This document shows positions 21,124-30,806 of a stretch of DNA of 64,000 bases, in pieces. Both the position numbers and the translations under genes were made by a program. The stretch is taken from the NCBI GenBank assembly GCA_039028615.1, contig JBCCHT010000044.1, positions 1 to 64,000 of the forward strand. The letters are read 5' to 3'. The DNA comes from Myxococcota bacterium. Lineage in GTDB: Bacteria; Myxococcota_A; Polyangia; Nannocystales; Nannocystaceae. Position 1 is the stretch's first letter; the number at the start of each line of letters is the position of its first letter. The notes under the pieces were generated by a model that saw only the letters and a list, made by a program, of their open reading frames with translations, ran no database searches and was not told the DNA's origin.

Positions 21124-21969
21124 ATGCCGGCATCCACCGTCGCCCTGTCCAAGTCCCGCATCCCCATCGTGCCCCGGCGCATGGACATGGGCTTCGATGA
21201 CGTCGACGAGGAAGTCCGGTTCTTCTTCGAGGACAACAGCATCCTCACCACCCTGCTGGTGGCGCTGTCCGGCGTGTTCCCACCCGGCGAAAAAGAGTTC
21301 ATCCAGTCGGTGCGGCTGTTCATGGGGCAGGTCCACGACGAGCAGCTCCTGCGGCACGTCAAGGAGTTCGCCGCCCAAGAAGGCCACCACGCGCTCCAGC
21401 ACCGCACGGTCAACGCCATCTTCGATCGGCTGGGCTATCCGGCCAGCGGCGTGTCGGCGTTCCTCGAGGAGAAGATCGAGCGCTGGACCCACGAGCGCTC
21501 CGACGAAGAGCGCCTCGCCGTCACCGTGGTCATGGAGCACCTCACCGCGACCATGGCTCACTTCGCGCTGCAAAACCCCGAGCGCTTCGACAGCCTGCCC
21601 GCGTCGATGCGCGAGCTCATCTTCTGGCACGCCATCGAAGAGATCGAGCACAAGTCGGTGGCCTTCGACGTCTACGACCACTGCGTCGGCCAAAAGACCC
21701 GCATCCGGCGGCGGGTCCTCATGCAGATGGTGCTCTTTCCCTTCGGTATCGGCACCTCGCAGCTCAAGATGCTGATCCGCTTTCGGCACGTGCCTCGCCT
21801 GCGCGAGGTCCTGCACGCGGCCAAGTTCCTGTGGGGCCGGGGGGGGCTCATCCCCAGCGTGCTGCCCAACTACCTGGCCATGCTCAAGCCGGGCTTCCAC
21901 CCCTGGGACATCGACGACTCTGCGCTCGTCGGCCAGTGGAAGGCCCGACTGCAGCTGCTCGCCCACTGA
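21124..21969 (+). CDS. Predicted metal-dependent hydrolase (ferritin-like fold family)
   Basis: FPPGEKEFI, QEGHHALQH, MEHLTA, WHAIEEIEHKSVAFDVY and PGFHPWD. Confidence 0.9.
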   Translation: MPASTVALSKSRIPIVPRRMDMGFDDVDEEVRFFFEDNSILTTLLVALSGVFPPGEKEFIQSVRLFMGQVHDEQLLRHVKEFAAQEGHHALQHRTVNAIFDRLGYPASGVSAFLEEKIERWTHERSDEERLAVTVVMEHLTATMAHFALQNPERFDSLPASMRELIFWHAIEEIEHKSVAFDVYDHCVGQKTRIRRRVLMQMVLFPFGIGTSQLKMLIRFRHVPRLREVLHAAKFLWGRGGLIPSVLPNYLAMLKPGFHPWDIDDSALVGQWKARLQLLAH

Positions 21970-21993
21970 CCGCCAGCCCACGCCAGGAATCGA

Positions 21994-23520
21994 GTGACGA
22001 CCGTGAACGAAGACCATGTCGACGTGCTCATCGTAGGGGCGGGGAGCTCCGGCATCGGAGCCGCGCACCACTTGCAGACGCACTGCCCCGGCCACAGCTA
22101 CGCCATCCTCGAGCGGCGGGCCAACCTCGGCGGCACCTGGGACTTGTTCCGCTACCCGGGCATTCGCTCCGACTCGGACATGTACACGCTGGGGTTTTCG
22201 TTTCGCCCGTGGACGAACCCCGAGGCCATCGCCGACGGCGACTCCATCCTCGAGTACCTGCACGCCACCGTGCGCGACGGGGGCATCGACGACAAGATTC
22301 GGTTTCGGCACGCGGTGACGCGCGCCACCTGGTCCACCGCCGACGCCCGCTGGACGGTCCACGCCACCAACGAGGAAACGGGCGAGCCCGTCCGCGTCAC
22401 CTGTCGCTTCCTGTACATGTGCGCGGGCTACTACAACTACGACGAGGGCCACAGCCCGCATTTCGAGGGCCTCGAGCGCTTCGGGGGCCGGGTGGTGCAC
22501 CCGCAGCACTGGACCGAGGACATCGAGTACGCGGGCAAGCGGGTGGTGGTGATCGGCAGTGGAGCCACCGCGGTGACCTTGGTGCCGAACTTGGCCGAGA
22601 CGGCCGAGCACGTCACCATGCTTCAGCGCTCGCCCACGTACATCGTGTCGGCGCCCGGTCGCGATCGCATCGGCAACTGGCTGCGGTCCAAGCTGCCCGA
22701 CAAGGCTGCGTACGGCATCACGCGCTGGAAGAACGTGCTGTACGGCATGAGCACCTACTGGTTCTGCCGCCGCTACCCCGAGCGCGCCAAGAAGCTCATG
22801 GTCGGGCAGGTCCGCAAGATCCTCGGCCGAGACTACGACGTGAACACCCACTTCACGCCGCGCTACGACCCCTGGGACCAGCGGGTCTGTCTCGCCCCCG
22901 GCGGTGACTTCTTCGAGGCGATCAAGGCGGGCAAGGCCGACGTCGTCACCGACACCATCGAGAGCTTCACCGAGACCGGACTGCGACTGTCTTCGGGGCA
23001 GGAGCTCGAGGCCGACCTGGTCGTTACCGCCACGGGCCTCAAGCTCCAGTTCCTCGGGGGCATGCAGGTCGAGGTCGACGGCCGGCCCCTCGATCTACCG
23101 AACACCCTCGCCTACAAGGGCATGATGTGCAGCAACGTGCCCAACCTGGCGCTGGCGATCGGCTACACCAACGCCTCGTGGACGCTCAAGGCGGACCTCA
23201 CCTCCGAGTACGTCTGCCGGCTCCTCAATCACATGGACGCCAAGGGGTATGCGTACTGCTGCCCGCGTCGCAACGATCCCTCGATCACCGAAGAGCCACT
23301 GCTCGACTTCACCTCGGGCTACGTGCGGCGCAACCTCGACAAGTTTCCCAAGCAAGGGTCTTTCGCGCCCTGGAAGCTGCACCAAAACTATGCCTTCGAC
23401 ATGATGTCGTTGCGGCACTCCAAGCTCGAAGACGGCGCCATGGAATTCGTGGTGCAAACGGGCACCGAGGGGGCGACGCCGCGCCCCGCTTCTCGCCTCT
23501 CCGCGCAGCCAGGCGGCTAA
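21994..23520 (+). CDS. FAD-containing Baeyer-Villiger-type monooxygenase (EthA/AlmA-like)
   Basis: GAGSSG, GGTWDLFRYPGIRSDSD, FGGRVVHPQHW, GSGATA, QRSPTY, ATG and GYTNASWTLK. Confidence 0.93.
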   Translation: MTTVNEDHVDVLIVGAGSSGIGAAHHLQTHCPGHSYAILERRANLGGTWDLFRYPGIRSDSDMYTLGFSFRPWTNPEAIADGDSILEYLHATVRDGGIDDKIRFRHAVTRATWSTADARWTVHATNEETGEPVRVTCRFLYMCAGYYNYDEGHSPHFEGLERFGGRVVHPQHWTEDIEYAGKRVVVIGSGATAVTLVPNLAETAEHVTMLQRSPTYIVSAPGRDRIGNWLRSKLPDKAAYGITRWKNVLYGMSTYWFCRRYPERAKKLMVGQVRKILGRDYDVNTHFTPRYDPWDQRVCLAPGGDFFEAIKAGKADVVTDTIESFTETGLRLSSGQELEADLVVTATGLKLQFLGGMQVEVDGRPLDLPNTLAYKGMMCSNVPNLALAIGYTNASWTLKADLTSEYVCRLLNHMDAKGYAYCCPRRNDPSITEEPLLDFTSGYVRRNLDKFPKQGSFAPWKLHQNYAFDMMSLRHSKLEDGAMEFVVQTGTEGATPRPASRLSAQPGG

Positions 23521-23538
23521 TTGGGCCGTTCGCGCCGC

Positions 23539-24462
23539 TCAGTGGGCGGCGCTGGTCTCGGCAAACCGTTGCAGCAAATTGGCCAATTGTTCGGGGCGCT
23601 CGATATGCGGACAATGACCAGTGTCGGGCAGCACGTGCAGGGTAGCCCCGGGAATTTTCTCCGCCGTCAGCTCACCCAAGGGCAGGGGGAAGAACGAGTC
23701 GTGCTCGCCCCAGATCACCTGCGTCGGGGTCTGGATCTCGGACAGCCGATGATGCAGCCACGCCGGGTTGTCCGCGTGGGCGCTCTTCTCCCCCTGCTGC
23801 AGGTCGAGGATGAGCTTGCAGTACCAGTCGGCGCGACCGCTGATCTCCTCGTAGAGAAAATCCCGGACGACGCTCGGGACCTTTGGCGGTCGGTGATAGA
23901 CGCGCTGGACGAAGCGGTCGTAGTCGGCCTTGGTGCGGACCTCGAACAGGATCTTGCCCTCGAGCACCTCGTGGGTCAGCGAGCGGACGCCGTCGACGTG
24001 CACCCCCGCGTTGTCGACCACGCTCAGGCTCACCAGGCGCTGCGGGCTCTCCAAGGCGATGCCCAGCGCGGCCGCCCCACCCAGCGAATTGCCCGCCAAG
24101 TGCACGCCATCGAGCCGCAGCGCGTCGAGGAACTCGGTGAGCCACCGCGTGTATGCGGCGAAGGTGTAGGTCGCATCGCGCGGTCGAGGCCCGGCGAAGC
24201 CCGGCATGGCGGGCGCGAAGATCTCGTAGTCGTTGAGCAGGTGCCCGGCCGCCTCCAAGAAGGTCACCGGGTGATCGGCGAACCCGTGCAGCCACACCAG
24301 CTGGCCGCGTCGCGGGTACCCGGCGTGCACGTAGGGAAAGCGCAGGCCGCCCTTGGTCGTCACCTGCCGGAGCTTGGCGCCGAGCCACTTCATGCGAAGC
24401 GCGGCACCGCCCAATACATAGGCGCGTCCCAAGCCGACTCGTGCTCGCATGAGGAGTTCCAT
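23539..24462 (-). CDS. Alpha/beta hydrolase (lipase/esterase)
   Basis: LHGF, GNSLGG nucleophile elbow, WGEHD and GHCPHIE. Confidence 0.9.
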   Translation of the reverse strand: MELLMRARVGLGRAYVLGGAALRMKWLGAKLRQVTTKGGLRFPYVHAGYPRRGQLVWLHGFADHPVTFLEAAGHLLNDYEIFAPAMPGFAGPRPRDATYTFAAYTRWLTEFLDALRLDGVHLAGNSLGGAAALGIALESPQRLVSLSVVDNAGVHVDGVRSLTHEVLEGKILFEVRTKADYDRFVQRVYHRPPKVPSVVRDFLYEEISGRADWYCKLILDLQQGEKSAHADNPAWLHHRLSEIQTPTQVIWGEHDSFFPLPLGELTAEKIPGATLHVLPDTGHCPHIERPEQLANLLQRFAETSAAH

Positions 24463-24611
24463 GCGCGGACTATATTGACAACCGCAGCGCGAGAGAAGGT
24501 GCACCTATCACGGTCATGGCGGCGAGCCGACCGCGGCCGTGGTACCACGCGGGCGACGAACCCATGGCGCGATCGACAGCCTCGCGCCGCTACGAAAAGA
24601 GGGGGACAACG

Positions 24612-25454
24612 ATGAGAGATTTTCGCGATTCAGTGGCGGTGGTGACCGGAGCGGCATCGGGCATCGGGCGGGCCTTGGCGCATCGCCTGGCGGACATGGG
24701 CGCACGCATTGCGATCTCCGACGTCGACGAAAACGGCCTCGAGCAGACCCGAGCCGCGGTCGCGCAAAAGGGCGCCGAGGTGCAGGCCTGGCGGCTCGAC
24801 GTCGCCGATCGCAAAGCGGTGTTCGAGCACGCCGACGCGGTGGTCGAGCGCTTCGGTCGGGTCCACCTGGTCATCAACAACGCCGGCGTCACGATCGCCG
24901 GTACGGTCAAGGACACCTCCATCGAAGACTTCGAGTGGTTGATGGGCATCAACTTCTGGGGCGTGGTCTACGGCACCAAGGCGTTCCTGCCCCACCTCGA
25001 GCGGTCGGCCTGGGGTCATATCGTCAACGTCTCGAGCGTGTTCGGCATCATCGCGGTGCCACGACAGAGCTCGTACAACGCGAGCAAGTTCGCGGTGCGG
25101 GGCTTCACCGAGGCGCTGCGCCAGGAGCTCGACGCCGAGGGCAGTCACATCAGCTGCACCTCGGTGCACCCCGGCGGCATCAAGACCAACATCGCCCGCG
25201 CCGCCAAGACGGTGGGGGCCGATCCGTGGGGCGGCAAGCGCAGCCCGGACAAGGCCGCCTCCGACTTCGAGAAGATGGCTCGCACCACGCCCGACGAAGC
25301 GGCGCGCATCATCCTGGACGCGGCCCGGCGCAACAAAAAGCGGGTCCTCGTCGGGCCCGATGCCCACCTCATCGACATGATTCAGCGCAGCATGCCCACG
25401 AGCTATCAGAAGCTCGTGGCCAAGGCGGTCAAGCCTCGCGGCAAGCGACGCTGA
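24612..25454 (+). CDS. Short-chain dehydrogenase/reductase
   Basis: TGAASGIG, NNAG, SS, YNASK and HPGGIKT. Strong SD upstream. Confidence 0.93.
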   Translation: MRDFRDSVAVVTGAASGIGRALAHRLADMGARIAISDVDENGLEQTRAAVAQKGAEVQAWRLDVADRKAVFEHADAVVERFGRVHLVINNAGVTIAGTVKDTSIEDFEWLMGINFWGVVYGTKAFLPHLERSAWGHIVNVSSVFGIIAVPRQSSYNASKFAVRGFTEALRQELDAEGSHISCTSVHPGGIKTNIARAAKTVGADPWGGKRSPDKAASDFEKMARTTPDEAARIILDAARRNKKRVLVGPDAHLIDMIQRSMPTSYQKLVAKAVKPRGKRR

Positions 25455-25790
25455 GCGACGGCGGCGGTCAGACCCGCGAGGAGCGCCTCTGCGGGCGTGC
25501 AGGCATCTGCGCGACCGAGACTGGATCTCGCATCTGACCTTCGATGACCGGCTCACGGCCGCTCGTGAGCGAAGCCGGCCTCGGTCGGGTCGTGGACCTA
25601 GGCTCGGTCGGCGCACGACGGGGAAGGGCCGGCGCGGTCTCCGACCGACGTCAATGATTTTCGCCAGTTAGAGCACCCCTCCCACCGATTGAGGTATAAA
25701 CGCGGAAACGTAGGAGCCCGTCACCGAGGCGCGCCGGGCTCCTCTCTCGACCCTCCCTCGGGTCGGACCCCCCAGGCCGCAGACCGCGCC

Positions 25791-25818
25791 TGAATAGGCA
25801 ACCGGACGCGCCGTCCAA
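25791..25818 (+). promoter_or_regulatory. Candidate ECF autoregulatory promoter TGAAT-N16-CGTCCAA
   Basis: ECF-like -35/-10 spacing directly upstream of the SD (GAGGAG) of the ECF sigma gene. Confidence 0.5.
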
Positions 25819-25831
25819 GAGCGAGGAGCAC

Positions 25832-26482
25832 GTGGCTTCACCCGATGCCGATGACCAGCAGTTGGTCAAAGCCGCCCAAGCGGGCGATCGGCGGGCGTTT
25901 CAGGCGCTGTACCAGCGCTACGAGCGCAAGGTCTACGCGGTGGCTCATGGATTTCTCCGGAACCAGGAAGATGCGCTCGACGTTCTGCAGGAGGCCTTCA
26001 TCAAGGTCCACCGCTACCTTCCGAACTTCGAAGGGCAGTCGAGCTTCTACACCTGGCTCTATCGGATCGTCGCGAACCTGTGCATCGACCACCTGCGTCG
26101 CAGCGGGCGCAAGAAGGACGTCGAGTTCGACGACCGCCTCCGCCACGACGCCGAGCAAGACGCCGCTCCCGACCTTTCTCCAATCTCGGCCCTCGGCGAT
26201 CCATCTGCCGCGGTCAAGAACAAAGAGATTCTCTCCGCCGTCCAAGAGAGCCTGGGGCGGCTATCCGACAAACACCGAGCCGTCATCGTCATGCGAGAGC
26301 TCCAGGGCCTTTCCTACGCAGAAATGGCCAAGGCGATGAACTGCTCCAAGGGAACGATCATGAGTCGGCTCTTTCACGCGCGGCGCAACATGCAAAAGCT
26401 CCTCAGTGAGCGGCTGGAGTACATGCCCCCCTCGGCGGAGGGCGGCAGCGCGGATTCGATGACTCAGGAGGCGGCATCATGA
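25832..26482 (+). CDS. ECF RNA polymerase sigma factor
   Basis: DDQQLVKAAQAGDRRAF, QEAFIK, FYTWLYRIVANLCID and region 4 LSYAEMAKAMNCSKGTIMSRLFHAR. Confidence 0.95.
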   Translation: MASPDADDQQLVKAAQAGDRRAFQALYQRYERKVYAVAHGFLRNQEDALDVLQEAFIKVHRYLPNFEGQSSFYTWLYRIVANLCIDHLRRSGRKKDVEFDDRLRHDAEQDAAPDLSPISALGDPSAAVKNKEILSAVQESLGRLSDKHRAVIVMRELQGLSYAEMAKAMNCSKGTIMSRLFHARRNMQKLLSERLEYMPPSAEGGSADSMTQEAAS

Positions 26483-27177
26483 ACACCGAAGCCACTGCTG
26501 GCGTGAACCCCGAAGAACTGCACGCCTTCTTCGACGACGAGCTCCCGGCCGATCGCGCCGACGCCATCGAGCGCATGCTCGCCGAGGACTCCGACCTCGG
26601 TGCCGAGCACGAGCAGCTCGGTCTGATGCGCGGAACTTTGCGCGCTAGCCTCGAGGCCGAGGCCGAAGCGGTGCCGCAGGCTCGTTTCGAGCAGGTCTGG
26701 GACGAGATCGATCGCGCGATCGAGCGCGACGCCCGGCTCCAGGCCGAGGCCGATCGCAGCCCCTCCGTGTGGGCGCGAGTGTGGGCGGCCTTCAAGCCCT
26801 TGCGCCTGCCTGCGCTGGCTGCGGCGGGCGCGGCCGCGGTCACGCTCGCGGTCATCAGCACCGATTCCGAGGACCCGAATAAAACGCCCGCGGTCGCGTC
26901 TGTGGATGAGACTTCGGATGCCAAGCCGGCTGCCCCGGCGCCGGCTCCCTCCGAGGCCGAGACCCCCGAGCCGACCCGGCTCGCCGACGCCAACCCCGGT
27001 GGCCAAGCCACCCCGCCTGAGCCCGAGATCGCACCCATGCCCGTGCCCGAGAGCAGCGAAGCCGAGATCCACGAGATCGACTTCGGGGGCAAAAATGGCC
27101 GTATCTCGAATACTGGAACCGTCACGGTGCTCTACGTCGAGGACGTAGAAGCCACCAGCAGTGAGCGCTCGCTATGA
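26479..27177 (+). CDS. Membrane-anchored anti-sigma factor
   Basis: LHAFFDDEL anti-sigma domain start without the HxxxCxxC motif, and one TM. ATGA overlap with the sigma gene. Confidence 0.8.
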   Translation: MNTEATAGVNPEELHAFFDDELPADRADAIERMLAEDSDLGAEHEQLGLMRGTLRASLEAEAEAVPQARFEQVWDEIDRAIERDARLQAEADRSPSVWARVWAAFKPLRLPALAAAGAAAVTLAVISTDSEDPNKTPAVASVDETSDAKPAAPAPAPSEAETPEPTRLADANPGGQATPPEPEIAPMPVPESSEAEIHEIDFGGKNGRISNTGTVTVLYVEDVEATSSERSL

Positions 27178-27683
27178 TCCACGCACGGAAGAAGCTCCTC
27201 GCTTCGGCCTTGGCTGCCGTTCTCATGCCCGCCGCCGCCCTGGCGACCGTCGCCGTGCCCACGGCGGCCCACGCTGCCGAAGAGGCCGACTGTCAGCTGA
27301 CCGCGGTGCATGCCCTCAAGAAGGGCGACGGCACCATTCCCAAGTCGCTCGATTTTCTCGCCGACCAGCTCAAGGACGACGAGTTCGCGGCCTACAAGAG
27401 CTTCAAGTTGATCGAGCGCAAGGCCCTCAAGCTCAAGCGCGACACCGCCTCGGAGGCTCGTTTCTCCACGGGTAACCGCATCGGTCTCACGCTTCTCGGC
27501 AACGAAGGTTCGCGGCTCAAGCTGCACGCCGACATCCGCAGTCGCAACGGCGAGACCAAGCTGCTGGCCGCCGACTACAGCATCGCCAACGGTGGCGTGC
27601 TCTTGGTCCGGGCCGGCGAGCTGGAGCACGACGGCGAGACCGGCAAGCTCTTCTTCGCGATTCAGTGCTCGGGCAAGGTCTGA
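27174..27683 (+). CDS. Exported hypothetical protein, third gene of the ECF operon
   Basis: Signal peptide ending AHA, two Cys near the ends of the mature protein, ATGA overlap. Confidence 0.8.
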   Translation: MIHARKKLLASALAAVLMPAAALATVAVPTAAHAAEEADCQLTAVHALKKGDGTIPKSLDFLADQLKDDEFAAYKSFKLIERKALKLKRDTASEARFSTGNRIGLTLLGNEGSRLKLHADIRSRNGETKLLAADYSIANGGVLLVRAGELEHDGETGKLFFAIQCSGKV

Positions 27684-27711
27684 CCCCTCCGACCCGGCGC
27701 CCTCCGCTCGC

Positions 27712-27750
27712 ATGACCCCGTCGATGGAAGCATCGGTGGGGTCATTTGCG
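27712..27750 (+). terminator. Stem-loop after the ECF operon
   Basis: atgaccccgtcgatg-gaag-catcggtggggtcat, followed by only a weak T tract. Confidence 0.5.
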
Positions 27751-27871
27751 TTTGCAGAGTCGGCGTGAACGCAACGAAACACGGTCGTATCTGGCGATTT
27801 GCGAGGGGCCCGGTCCCCGCCGTAGTGTCGTTGGGCGCCCCATCGTCGACGACGAGAGGTGCCGCTTCACC

Positions 27872-30220
27872 ATGATCGAGCCCTCGCCCGCTCCCAAGCG
27901 TCCGCGTCGCCGGATCTGGCTATGGGTCCTGGGGATCTTGCTGGTGGCGGTCTTGGCGATGGTCGGCCTCGCGTGGTGGTTGGTGCCGCCGTGGCTGGAG
28001 TCTCTCGCCACCGAGACCCTGACCACTCGCCTGCAGCAGCGGCTCGAGACGGACGTGAGCGTGGGCGAGGTGGAGCTGCAGCTGCCTCGGGTGCGGATCT
28101 CCGACGTGGTGATCGGTGACCCCGATGCGCCGACGGTGCGGATCGATCGCATCGTGGTGAACCTCGACGAGGACGCGCTGTGGTCGGGGCGGGCCGAGCC
28201 GGTCGACGTGCGCGTGCGGGGCGGGGCGGTCGTGGGGGATCGCGAGACCCTGGAGACTCTGGCGCAGCGGCTTCGAAAACCACGCAAGCGCCCGACCCCC
28301 GAAAAGAAGGGGCGCATCTCTCTGGTGCCCAAGCGCCTATCGGTCCGCGGTCTCGACGTGGACGTCTGGGAGGGCGCACGGGACGAACCATCCCGGCACG
28401 TGCAGGGGCAGGTACGGATGAACATCCAGGTGGCGGATGGCGACGTCGCGCTCACCCTCGATGAACTCGAGCTGGGCGGCAGCGCGGTGCCGGAAGTTCG
28501 CGCGCGCTCGGTCCACAGCGATCTGCAGCTGGTTCGTGTCGAAGGGCGCCGCACCCTCGGCTTCCCCGTCTCCGTGCAGGTGACGGGCATGGGGACGCAG
28601 GTGACGCCCCAGATCGCGGTGGCAGGCGTCGACGGCCAGATCACCCTGAGTGACGAAGCGCTGACCGAGATCGCCGTCTCACTCGAGGGCGGCCTCTCCG
28701 ATCGCGACGATGGTCGAGCGGAGGAACGCCTGTGGTCGCTTGCCGGGCGGGTGCGTCGCGATCTCGGGGAGGGTCAGCTCGAGGTCTCGATGGAGTCGTT
28801 CGAGCTGGGCAAGGTGCCCGAGATCTTGGCTCGGCTGCCGCTCGTCGAGTCGGAAGAGGCCACCGTCGGCGGTCGGGTCGCGGTGGTGTTCGGCGCGGGG
28901 CTTTGGCGGGCCGAAGGCGAAGTTCGCCTCGACGGGCTGAACGTGGCGCACTCGTTGCTCGCCCGCGAGGTGGTGCGAGACATCGGCTTCGATCTCGACT
29001 TCGGCGTCGAGATCGATCCCGCCAAGCCGCGGGTCGCCATCCATCACGCGGACTTTCGGCGACACGGGGTGGAGCTTTCGGTCGACGGTGAACTCACCGT
29101 CCCGTCTGAGCGCAGCGATCGTCGCTATCGGCTCCATGCGCAGGTGCCCAAGACCCAGTGCGACAATGTGCTGCGGGCGATCCCGGCGGCGTTGGTGCCG
29201 AGCCTGCAAGGTTTCGAGCTCGAGGGGACCTTCGATCTCGATGTCGATGTGGACGTCGACTTTGCCGATCTCGACGCTCTCATCCTCGAAGGGGGCGTTG
29301 CGCTCCGCGAGTGCCAGGTCCGCGAGCGTCCGCCCCGGGCCGCGGCCGAGCGCCTGGCGGGAGGCTTCACCCATCGGGTGACGATGCGAGACGGCCGCCT
29401 GCGATCGGTGCACCTTTATCCAGGATCGAGCACCTTCACCCCGTTACCCGCGATCTCGAAGTACATGGTGCAGGCGGTGCTCACCACCGAAGACGGCGGG
29501 TTCTTTCGCCACCGCGGCTTCCTGCCGTCGCAGTTTCGGACCGCGCTCCATCGCAACCTCCAGGCGGGGAAGATCCGACTGGGGGCCTCCACCATCACCA
29601 TGCAGATGGTCAAGAACGTGCTGCTCAGCCACGAGCGCACGCTGGCGCGCAAGCTCCAGGAGATGATCCTGACCTGGTACGTGGAGTCCGTGCTGACCAA
29701 GGCACGGATCATGGAGATCTACCTGAACATCGTGGAACTCGGGCCGGGGATCTACGGGGTCACGCAAGCAGCCGATCACTACTTCGGCAAGCACCCTGCC
29801 GATCTCACCCCGCCCGAGGCGGTGTACCTCGCGCTGATGCTGCCCAGCCCCGTGCGTCGCCATGTGCACTATTGCCGCAGCGGGCCGAGCGACAGGTTCA
29901 TGATCAAGGTGGGACGAATCCTACGGATCATGAACGAGCGCGATCGTCTCTCCGATGTCGACTACGAGATCTGGAAGGACAGCCCCATCGAGTTCGATCT
30001 GCGGGAGCGGGGCGACAGCGGAGCGTGCGAGGCGGAGATCGACGCCCTGATGGCCGCGCGCCAGGGGCAGCGAGCGCTCACGGGGTTGTTGGCCGACCCG
30101 CTCGACGTGGCCTCGAGCTTCGGTGGCGGGGGTCCGCCAGGACCGGTGACGATCACCGAAGCACTCGACGATCCCGCCAACGCGGATGCGCCCGGCGTGC
30201 CCGCGATGGACCTCGACTGA
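27872..30220 (+). CDS. Peptidoglycan glycosyltransferase (GT51) with long beta-rich AsmA-like N-region and no transpeptidase
   Basis: N-terminal TM. EDGGFFRHRG, GASTITMQMVKN, RKLQE and KARIMEIYLN. Confidence 0.88.
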   Translation: MIEPSPAPKRPRRRIWLWVLGILLVAVLAMVGLAWWLVPPWLESLATETLTTRLQQRLETDVSVGEVELQLPRVRISDVVIGDPDAPTVRIDRIVVNLDEDALWSGRAEPVDVRVRGGAVVGDRETLETLAQRLRKPRKRPTPEKKGRISLVPKRLSVRGLDVDVWEGARDEPSRHVQGQVRMNIQVADGDVALTLDELELGGSAVPEVRARSVHSDLQLVRVEGRRTLGFPVSVQVTGMGTQVTPQIAVAGVDGQITLSDEALTEIAVSLEGGLSDRDDGRAEERLWSLAGRVRRDLGEGQLEVSMESFELGKVPEILARLPLVESEEATVGGRVAVVFGAGLWRAEGEVRLDGLNVAHSLLAREVVRDIGFDLDFGVEIDPAKPRVAIHHADFRRHGVELSVDGELTVPSERSDRRYRLHAQVPKTQCDNVLRAIPAALVPSLQGFELEGTFDLDVDVDVDFADLDALILEGGVALRECQVRERPPRAAAERLAGGFTHRVTMRDGRLRSVHLYPGSSTFTPLPAISKYMVQAVLTTEDGGFFRHRGFLPSQFRTALHRNLQAGKIRLGASTITMQMVKNVLLSHERTLARKLQEMILTWYVESVLTKARIMEIYLNIVELGPGIYGVTQAADHYFGKHPADLTPPEAVYLALMLPSPVRRHVHYCRSGPSDRFMIKVGRILRIMNERDRLSDVDYEIWKDSPIEFDLRERGDSGACEAEIDALMAARQGQRALTGLLADPLDVASSFGGGGPPGPVTITEALDDPANADAPGVPAMDLD

Positions 30221-30233
30221 GCTCGCCGCGAGC

Positions 30234-30806
30234 TCAGGAGGGCAGGCGCAGGCCGATGCGCAGCCGCCAGGTCACGATGGGATAGAGGTAGAAGTGCGCG
30301 AAGAAGTCGAAGTCGAGGCCCACCGCGGTGCCGACGAGGAACTGGCGACGGGGACCGGGCGCGATGTCGAGGCCGAGGGCGACGCCCGCGTTGCCGCCGT
30401 GCTGCGTGCGCCCGCTGTACACGAGGCCGGTGTAGCCCACGCGAGTGGCCATGAAGACTTCGTACAGATCGTGGTTGAAGCGACGGCCGACGCTGGCTTC
30501 GAGGCCCGCGCGAAAGATGTGGGAGTCTCGCCAGCCGAGCACGTGGCCGAAGTAGCCGCCGACATGACTCGTGGTGCCGCGCCCGGGGAACCAGTAGCCC
30601 GCCGATAGGCCCCACTGATAGTTGGTATGAAAGCCCCACGGCGCCTGCAGGGCGCCGGGGTTGAAGATCACGAAGGGGGTGCTCTCCGCCTCGCGTGGCT
30701 CGGCGGGAGCCTCGGCGCCGGCTTCGGAGGCGGGGGCTGCCTCGGCGACCCGGGCTGCACCGAGCGACAGCGCGCCGCACAAAAACGCGGTGGTGCTCAG
30801 CCGCAT
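30234..30806 (-). CDS. Small outer-membrane beta-barrel-like protein
   Basis: Signal peptide (AEA), then amphipathic beta strands rich in aromatics and Gly. Confidence 0.65.
   Translation of the reverse strand: MRLSTTAFLCGALSLGAARVAEAAPASEAGAEAPAEPREAESTPFVIFNPGALQAPWGFHTNYQWGLSAGYWFPGRGTTSHVGGYFGHVLGWRDSHIFRAGLEASVGRRFNHDLYEVFMATRVGYTGLVYSGRTQHGGNAGVALGLDIAPGPRRQFLVGTAVGLDFDFFAHFYLYPIVTWRLRIGLRLPS

Noticed and set aside
25455..25790. Hairpin-rich 330-bp intergenic region as an ncRNA or CsrA-sponge sRNA
   Set aside because: No repeated GGA-loop hairpins or recognisable RNA family; hairpins are expected at this GC content.
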